DNA of 64,000 bases from Felis catus (Eukaryota), in the NCBI RefSeq assembly GCF_018350175.1, contig NC_058377.1, positions 109,926,001 through 109,990,000 of the forward strand, read 5' to 3'. The translations under genes and the position numbers were made by a program. The notes below the pieces were generated by a model, which worked only from the letters and a program-made list of their open reading frames with translations, was not told the DNA's origin and did no database searches. Positions within the stretch are counted from its first letter, which is position 1, and each line of letters begins with the position of its first letter. Positions 55,830-64,000 of this stretch are shown piece after piece.

Positions 55830-57490
55830 TCCTTCCCCGGAAGTGAGCTGAACTACCACAAGGGGAGGAAACTACAGCGCAGGATTGTGAAGCAGTCTTG
55901 AGGGCCAGTCATGGATACTTTGGTCTCGTGGCATTTGTGGCTGTTCTTGGCTCTCCTCTGTCTGCGGCCCACTCCTCCCCAGAGGATGTCTCTCCCGTCT
56001 GTGACCCACCTGGGAGCGGAAACTGTGTCCCCCATGCCAACAGATTGCCAAGGCCTGTAGCCCCCGCAGAGGAAGGAAGTTGGCCTCGGTGGCGCCATCT
56101 TCAGGCTGACTTCAGGGCCGTGCCCTTCTAGCCCTGAAGGGGGGACCACCTAGAACAGCTGTCCAAAGACCCGGGAAAGGGAGAACCACCTCAGCACTTG
56201 GGACAGAGGTGTCGCAAAGCAGAGAATATTGAGAGGAGAGTGGCTTGAGGACAGGGCAGACCCTCCCAGGTCCTGTTTAGGCTCCCCTCTGGGGTCCTTT
56301 TGTTGCTCACAAAGCGTGAAATCATCCTCGGATTGAAGAAACTGGGGGAGGGTTAAGTGGGTTCAACCAAAGAAGGGATGGGGCACGACTGATTGACTGT
56401 TCTGTCCCTAGATGGGGGATGGCGCCGGACTTCTGGGGGGACCCAGAACCGGCTGTCTTTCATCTTCCCGGCAGCCTGCACGTCCACTCTGGAGTCCTGC
56501 CCTTCCAGTTTGCTCCCACTCCACTGGCTGCGGGTAAGTGCCCACTGGGCATCGGGATTCCCGAGTAGCCAAGTGCCACGCGAAGCTTTGGCAACTCCAG
56601 GCCTGGCGTTTGAGAGGAGGTCACCACAGCCGAGTGCCTGCCCCGGAGGCCTACGTCAGCCTGCTTCAGGGGCGTGCCGGTCCTTTACAATTCACAACGG
56701 CCAGAAAGTCTTACATCGTGACCTTGACTTTTCCACCTGAGAGATCTGAGTTTTGGGGTTATAGACCAAAGAGCCAGACGGTGGCACGGAGACCGGCGAT
56801 CTTTCCGCTCCCTCGGCTGTCACTGAAGGGGTGCCATCTGCCTACCGGCAGGGCCGTAGTCGTAGGCCGACCTGAAAACAGACCCGTACGCCCCTTCCTT
56901 CTCATTTCAGTCAGAATTTCCTACCCCTTTGCCTCAGTTTTCCAGCCTGGCCCAGCTGTTCTCAGACACATTTGGCCAGAGTCTCACTCCCGTACCCGCG
57001 CTAGACTCTGACTTGTTCCCGTGGCGGCGTGTCGCATCGGGGAGCCGGTGCCCCTTCTCCTACTCTGCAGCTGCCCGGACCGCTGGCACACCAGAGGGGA
57101 TTCCGGGTCTGGGTTGGAGAACTGAGAATACAAAGCTGTCCTCCCACTGGGTGGGGAGGCGAGTTGGCGAAGTTTGCCCGGTGAGCTTCCCCGGCCTGGG
57201 TACAGATGCCACACGCCACCCCACTGGCGCGACCCGCAGAAGCTCGGCGAGCCCCGGGGGTGAAGATGGAGAAGGAGGTGCGGCAGAAAGGGGCGGGCGG
57301 AAGAAGACCCGGATAAAAGCAAGGGCCACATGCTGGCCTCGCTCAAGTCAGACATAATCGTGGGGGAGAGCGACAGACTGGGTGAAGGAGGGTGCCCCTA
57401 AAGGCCGGGGAGACAGAGCTCATTATACGTACCCCGCCCCCCGTAAGTTATGTGGCCCGGGAAGGCTTGGAACTGGGCGGAAGTGTCCAG
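55830..57490. promoter_or_regulatory. Second promoter/enhancer-like region with moderate CpG
   Basis: CCGGAAGTG (55837-55845), ACTAC motifs, perfect YY1 CGCCATCTT (56093-56101), GC boxes and GGCGGAAGTG near 57476-57485. Confidence 0.5.
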
Positions 57491-57579
57491 AACAGCAGCT
57501 GCCTGTCTATCCCAGCAGTACACACGGCTGCGCAGCTGGGTTCTTCACTTGGTGGGCCTCCTCCACGGCCCGTGGCATT

Positions 57580-58700
57580 AACTACATTCATTATGTCGTG
57601 CAACCCTCCTCACTAGCCATTTCCAGAACTTTTTCATTAAACATCCCATCCACCCTGGCGATCTCTATTCTACTTTCTATCTCCATACATTTGCTCATCC
57701 ACCTCATGCAAGTGGAATCATTCAGTAGTCATTTTATGTGTGGCTTATGTCCCTTAGCCTAATATCTTCAAGATTCACCTATTTTTCTAGCATGGGTCAG
57801 AATGTCCTTCCTTTTTAAGGCCGAATAACATCCTGCTGCGTGGATAGACGACATTTTGCTTAGGCTTTCACCTGCTGATGCACATAGGGGTTATGCCCAT
57901 CTGCTGGCCACTCTGGATGATGCCGTGAACACGGCTGTACAAACATCTGTTTGAGTCCCTGCTTTGATTCTTTAGCGCGTACCTGGAAGTAGGGTTGCTG
58001 GATCATATGGTAAAGTCTGTGTTCAACTTCCTGAGGAGTCGCCAAACCGTTTTCACAGCGGCCAAGAAACTTCACGATGATGCAGTATTATTATCTAGAT
58101 TGCCTACCATAATTATATTTCCCCAAATAGCCCTAAATTTTCCATTACAGCTTTAAAAAAAAAAAAAAAAGTTTCAAGATCCAATCAGGGATCACAGACT
58201 GCGTTTAGTTGTCATGTCTCTTGATTCTTCTTTGATCTAGAATAGTGTTCCTTCCTATTTGTTTTTCATGACACTGCCATTTTTGCAGAACCCAGCCCAG
58301 TTGTCTTATAGAATATCCTCCAATTTGAATTTGCTTGAATGTTTCCTTGCAGTTAGATTCAGATTAAACCTTTCTGCAAGAATATTGTATGAGCAGAAAG
58401 TTCTCTCTGTTTCGTTACTTCAACCATTTAATGTTGCCCGATCTCATTATTGCTGATGTTGAATTTGGTTGCTGGTTAAGATGTCATCTGCTAGATCTTT
58501 CCATTGTCCAGGAACCCTTTCCCTTTGTAGTCATGAGCTGTGTGGTAAGTTGAAGTTGCGTGAATATCCTGCCCCCAACAATCTGTCAATCATTGGTTTT
58601 AGTATCAAGGAATGATCTTGGCCTACATTATTATTTCATTGTGTTTTTTTTTTAATTCTATCATTCCTTCTACATTTATTATGTGTTTTGTATAATCTAT
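57580..58700 (-). mobile_element. Old antisense L1 fragments
   Basis: L1M 3'-type reverse sequence (tttccagaactttttcat, gtacaaacatctgtttgagtccctgctttg). Confidence 0.65.
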
Positions 58701-58706
58701 TATTCT

Positions 58707-60672
58707 GAGGCACCTGGGCGGCTCAGTCAGTTAAGCATCCAGCTCTTGATTTCAGCTCTGGTCATGATCTAATGATTCATGAGATCAAGCCACACGTTGA
58801 GATCTGCACTGACCGTGTGGAATTTGCTTGGGATTCTCTCTCTCTTCCTCTCTCCCTCTCTCTCTCTCTCTCTTTCTCTCTGCACTGTCCTTCTCAAAAT
58901 GAATAAATAAACTTAAAGGAAAAAAAAGAAAAAAGTCAGCGGAAACATAATCACGAGATGATACCAATGTTGAAATTAGCGTACAAGGACTGCAAAGTAG
59001 TTACTATAAATATGACTAAGGACTTGAAGGAAAATATAGTGGTCTTAATTGGGAGTCTTAACAGAGTAATTAAAACTGTAAAGAATTGGGGCACCTGCGT
59101 GGCTCAGTGGGTTAAGCGTCCAAGTTTGGCTCAGGTCATGATCTCGCAGTCCTTGAGTTCAAGCCCCGCGTCAGGCTCTGTGCTGACATGACAGCTCAGA
59201 GCCTGCTTCTTCAGAGATGTCTCCTTCTCTCTCTGATTCTCTCTCTCTCTCTCTCTCTCTCTCAAAATAAATAAACATTAAAAAAAAAATACAACTGTAA
59301 AGAACCAAATAGATTGAAAAATCCATTGGAGTGGCTTACCAAAAGATTGAAGAAGGCTTGGAAGAAGAATAGGCTGTGAGTTTAAGGACAAGTCTGGAGA
59401 AATGATCTCATCTGAAAATCAGAAACAAAAGGACTGAATAGAAATTAACAGTGCCCAAGCGACCTATAGGACCATCTCAAGCAGCCTAACGTATGTGTCT
59501 GGAGTTCCAGAAAGAGAGGCGAGAGAGGATGGGACAGAAAAATATATGTATTTGAAGACATAATGGTAAGGAAAAAAAAAATGTGAAATTTGATGAGAAA
59601 CATTCACTTACAGATTCAAGAAGCTTGGAGCATGTCATAGTCCCAGTGCTGAAAACCAGAGGTAAAGAAAGCATTTCGAAAGCAGGTAGGTTCCATATCG
59701 GGGAACAGTGATGTGGAAGAGTGGAGGACAGAGACAGTGAGCTCGCACTCTGAAGTGCTGACAAAGAAGACAATCTAGAATTCTGTAGCCAATGAAAATA
59801 TCTTGCAGCAGGAGAGACAGGTAAAGACATTTTATGAGAAATGATAGAGGGTGGGGCTCCTGGGGGGCTCAGTCAGTTAAGCAGCCGACTCCTGATTTGG
59901 GCTCAGGTCGTGACCTCGTGGTTTGTGAGTTCAAAACCTGCACTGGGCTCTGTGCTGGCGGCGTGGAGCCCGCTTGGGATTCTCTCTCCCTCTCTTTCTG
60001 CCCCTTCCCCACTCTCTCCCTCTCTCAAAATAAGTAAATAAATAAACATGTACATACATACACACATACATAAAACTTAAAAAGAAAAAGAGCGACAGAG
60101 AAGAGACTTTGCTGCCGGCGGGCCTGCGCTCCGAGAAATGCTAAAGGGCGTTCTTCAGTCTGAAAGGAAATTTGGGAACTTGGATCCATAGGAAGGCATG
60201 AAGCACCACAGAAATGGTAAAAGTTGGGTAAATTTAAAAGCGTTACTTTTTTGTTTTCTCAATTTCCACAAAAGACAAGTATCTGTTTACAGCAAAAGTA
60301 ATATTATCATAAGATACAGTTTATGACATATGGAGGAATAAAATATAATAGTAGAAATAATGGGAGAGCAAATAAACTTATATTGTTGTAAGGCTCTAAT
60401 ATCTGTGAAGTGTGAAGTTCAATTAGATTGTGATCAACTAGTGATGTGTACTATAATTTCTTTTTTTTTAATGTTTATGTTTGAGAGAGAGAGCGAGTGA
60501 GCGAGCACAAGCTGGGGAGGGACAGAGAGAGAAGGAGACACAGAATCCAAAGCAGGCTCCAGGCTCTGAGCTGTCAGCACAGAGCCCGACGCGGGGCTCA
60601 AACTCACGAACTGTGAGATCATGACCTGAGCTGAAGTTGGATGCTCAACCTACTGAGCCACCCACGCGCCCC
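58707..60672. mobile_element. Can-SINEs inserted in L1: 58707-58933 (+), 59088-59289 (+), 59853-60088 (+), 60460-60672 (-)
   Basis: SINE heads and tails visible; TSDs AACTGTAAAGAA and TACTATAATTTCT for the second and fourth. Confidence 0.88.
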
Positions 60673-62830
60673 TACATACTATAATTTCTAAGGCAACCAT
60701 TAAAAAATAATAAAAAGAGATCTAGCTAAAAAGCAAAGAAAGGAAGTAAAATATAATATTAATGATATTTAAATCCTGACTATCGAATTATAATATGTAA
60801 ATATGGTATTAATTATATTCAGTTCCTCAGAAGAAGGCAGGAAAAGATGAACTGAGGGATTAAAGGACACATAGAAAAAAAGTAGTAAGGTGACAGACCT
60901 TGCTCTGTTTCTCCAAATTCATATGATGAAATCCTCACTTCCAGCACCTCAGAATGCGATTGTATTTGGAGTTAGAGCCCCTGCAGAGATCCTAAGTTAA
61001 AATGAGGTCATTCGGCTGGACCCTCATCCAATATGACTAGTGTCCTTACAAGAAGAGATTTGGATACAGACACATACAGAAGGAAAAGAACGTGAAGACG
61101 CAGGGAGAAGTCAGCCGTCGACAAGACAAGGAGAGAAGCCTGGAATAGATCCTTCTCTCACAGCCCTCAGAAGGAACCAGTTCTGTCAACACCTCGATCT
61201 CAGACTTCTAGCTTCCAAAACTGTGAGAAAAGAAATCTCTGTCGTTGAAGCCACCCAATCTGTGGTACTTTGTTATGGTGGCCCCAGCAGACTAAACCCA
61301 GACTAACACAGACTAAACATAGACCTAAAGCCAACTGTATGAATAATTCCAGTAGATGTAAATATTCCAGTTAAAACACAGAGCTTGTCAAGACCCCACC
61401 ATATAATATGTAAAAGAGAGAGAATTTTTCTACAGACACTGAAAGTAAAAGGATGAAAACAGATATCCTAGGCACTTAGAAAGCACAAGAAGTTGGTGCA
61501 GAGAGGCATTTCGTAATCCGAAAAGGACCCACTGAACAGGAAGCTATAACCCTAAACGTATATGCACCTAACAGCAGAGCTACAAAAAAACTGAAGTAAA
61601 AACTGGCAGAACTAAGGGGAAAAAAAGGCAGATGCGTAATCACAGAGATTGGAAAACTCTTCGTTGGTAATTGATAAGTGAATAACTGGACAGAAAAAGC
61701 AATAGGATATAGAAAGTCTGAGCAGGACGACCAACTTGACAGAGCCGACATTGCATGTATCTGCGGGAACTCTATCCCGTAATATTGCAGAACCGCAGTG
61801 TTTGGAAGCACACGTAGAGCGCTCCCTGAAATAGATCGTATCCTCGGCACGAGACAAACTGCGGAAGATTAAAATCTCACAGAATATGCTCTCTTAAATC
61901 AGAAAGAAATAATAATATATCTGGAAAACCCCAAATGTTTAAAAATTAAAGAATATATTTCTAGGGGTACCTGGTTGGCTCAGTTGGTGGGACCTGCAAC
62001 TCTTGTCCTCTGGGTCATGAGTTCAGGCCCCACCTTGTGTAGAGATTACTTAAAAATAAAATCTTAAAACAAGACAAAACATATATATGTATATATATGA
62101 CTAATGAGTCAAGGAAGAAAACACAATGAAGGCAAAATATCTCAAACTGAACAAAACAAAAGCACAGCGTATCAGAATTTGTGTAGTGCAGCTGACAGAA
62201 GTGCTTTAGAGGGAAATTGAGAACTTTACATCGGAAAAAAAGAAAGCTTTAAAATCAGTATTCTATGATTCTACCCTAAGAAGCTGGAAGAAGTTTGGCA
62301 GGTTTTCCAAAAAGTTAAATATTTTTACCACATGACCCAGCAATTCTACTCCTAAATATATACCCAAGAGAACTGAAAACATATATTTACACAAAAACCA
62401 GTACACAAATGTTTATAGATGCATCAGTCCTGTAGTCAAAAAGTCGAAACAAAAAGCCAAATAAGATAAGCCAAAAAAAAAAAAAAGAACAAGTTAAATC
62501 CCAAAAAATGAGTAATGAGAGCAGGAATTAGTGAAATAGAAGTACATAAAGAACAGAGAAAGTTAGCAGAACCAAAAGTTGGTTCTTTGAAAAAAATCAG
62601 TGAAATTGATAAACCGCTAGCAAGATGGATTAAGAAAAAAAAGAGGGAAAATGCAAATTACCAATTATCAAGAACAAAAGGGTGAAAGAGAGCAAAGGAG
62701 AGTAAGGACTTTCAGGCTGATCGAATATTCTAGATCTCAATTGGGTTGATGGTTACCCCAGTGTATACATTTACCAAAACTATATGCTTAAAATCTGTAG
62801 ATAAATTATATTTCAATAAAGTGAAAAAAA
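58935..62830 (+). mobile_element. Degraded sense-strand L1 (ORF1-like and ORF2 endonuclease-like remnants)
   Basis: A-rich strand with a decayed ORF2 motif (ctaaacgtatatgcacctaac, an N.YAPN-like segment); many stops and frameshifts. Confidence 0.7.
60895..61300 (+). mobile_element. MaLR (MLT1-like) solo LTR inserted in L1
   Basis: About 400 bp with hallmark MaLR words (ccaaattcatatg.tgaaatcct, ctagtgtccttacaagaaga, gacttctagcttccaaaactgtgaga, gccacccaatctgtggtactttgttat). Confidence 0.8.
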
Positions 62831-63774
62831 TTTATGAATTCTAGGGGCGCCTGGCTGGCTCAGGAGGTAGAGGTCACAATTCTTGATCTCGGAGTCATGA
62901 TTTTAAGCCCCACATTGGGTGTAGAGCTTACTTAACAGCAACAACAACAACAACAAAATTCTGCATATTGTTATCTCTAATTCAGATCTGACATTTCTGG
63001 ATTTTTCCTCACCTTCCTTCATTCCATATTTTATCTCCCTTTTTTCACAGTGTAATCTCTGATTTCCAACATCTATATATTTATTCATTTTTTTGTATCT
63101 TTCATACAAAAACAACAACAGTTTTAGAATTCCTACGCTGATATTATCAACAACAAACCAATTAAGTAAAGCTCAAGTGTTTTGTTTTTTTTTTTTTTTT
63201 TTTTTTTTTGTGGTCCTTAGGAAGTCCATGAACTGTATTGAACATTTATTTGAATTCTTGTGTTATTTTTTTCTGTACAATTATGTTACCATTCGTTTCT
63301 GGTTTACTCCTCCTGTGTTTCTTTTTTCAGATATATATCTTATTTTCTTATTTTCCCTTCTTTCTTACACAAAGGTAGCATACTACATATTTGGCAATCT
63401 ATCATGGAAATCACTCTGTATCAGCTTTTTTTTTTAATAGCTACACAGTATTGCACTGATGGGTTTATTTAATCAGCTTCCATGGAACTTAGGTGCTTTC
63501 CAACATTCTGTCATTACAAATAATGCCACAGTGAATAAGCTTGTGCACACGTTGCTATAGGTCTGTGGAAGTGAATCTTCGGGAGAAATTCCTAGAAATA
63601 GCTTTTCTGGGTCAGAGGGTAAATGCCATTCTGTCTTATTAGCACTACCAAATCCCTCTCTCTGGGAGGCTGGGCCAATTTTATGCTCTTACAAGTTTCC
63701 CCTCAGCTTGCCAACTGAGATACACTGTCCAAGTTTTTTAGTTTTTGCCAATCTTATTTAAAGGTGGGAATCTT

Positions 63775-63979
63775 GCGATGCCTGGGTGGCTCAGTAGTCG
63801 ATTAAGCGTCTGACTTTGGCTCAGGTCATGATTTCGCAGTTCGTGGGTTCGAGCCCCACATCCGGCTCTGCGCTTGCAGTGTGGAGCCTGCTTGGGATTC
63901 TCTGTCTCCCTCTTTATCTGCCTCTCCCCTGCTAGCTTTCTCTCTCTCTCTCTCTCTCTCAAAAAAAAAAAAAAAAAAA
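63775..63979 (+). mobile_element. Can-SINE within antisense L1-like sequence (~63030-63770)
   Basis: Head cctgggtggctcagt, (CT)n and poly-A; flanks AAA(G/A)GTGGG(A/C)ATCTT. Confidence 0.88.
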
Positions 63980-64000
63980 GTGGGCATCTTGTCATATATT

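Noticed and set aside
5138-60622. Recurrent peptide [16 protein letters not shown]…, and its antisense [15 protein letters not shown]…, in over ten ORFs
   Set aside because: These are translations of Can-SINE copies, not a gene family.
58935-62830. Potentially active L1
   Set aside because: Fragmented, full of stops and interrupted by SINEs and an LTR.
3137-63979. tRNA-like A/B-box sequences (TGGCTCAGTCGGT…GAGTTCGAGCCC)
   Set aside because: These are the tRNA-derived heads of Can-SINEs, followed by SINE body and A-tail; none folds into a complete tRNA gene.
50100-64000. Possible POLD4, CLCF1 or RAD9A exons expected from synteny
   Set aside because: No recognisable coding sequence for them in any frame; the region is mostly repeats.
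1-64000. CRISPR arrays, operons or prokaryotic defence systems
   Set aside because: The sequence is plainly mammalian (spliceosomal introns, SINEs, L1); there is no repeat-spacer array.

Overview
This window is mammalian, GC-rich and gene-dense DNA from a cat-family (Felidae) short-read assembly. It contains feline-type Can-SINEs and five N-gaps. Three multi-exon protein-coding genes lie in tandem on the + strand. GRK2/ADRBK1 has exons 2-20 fully visible, while the start codon and last coding exon fall in N-gaps. ANKRD13D is complete (15 exons, 607 aa, one GC-AG intron) and SSH3 is complete (14 exons, ~648 aa). The order matches the conserved mammalian KDM2A-GRK2-ANKRD13D-SSH3-(POLD4/CLCF1/RAD9A) block. 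The rest is about 30 Can-SINE copies, old L1/MIR/L2 fragments and one MaLR solo LTR. I found no prokaryotic-type system, no RNA gene I can support, and no proven new system. The best lead lies downstream of SSH3. An orphan CpG-island promoter (52.3-53.4 kb) has CTCF-, ZNF143/THAP11- and YY1-like motifs and splice donors on both strands. From it a 3-exon, 115-codon open spliced ORF (53237-57180) can be assembled using consensus splice sites. A second promoter-like motif cluster with small ORFs sits at 55.8-56.1 kb. Other leads are strong-Kozak uORFs in the GRK2 and ANKRD13D leaders, a GC-box VNTR in an orphan CpG island at 1 kb, and a convergent CTCF pair bracketing GRK2. All regulatory and novel-transcript claims come from sequence reading only and are untested.
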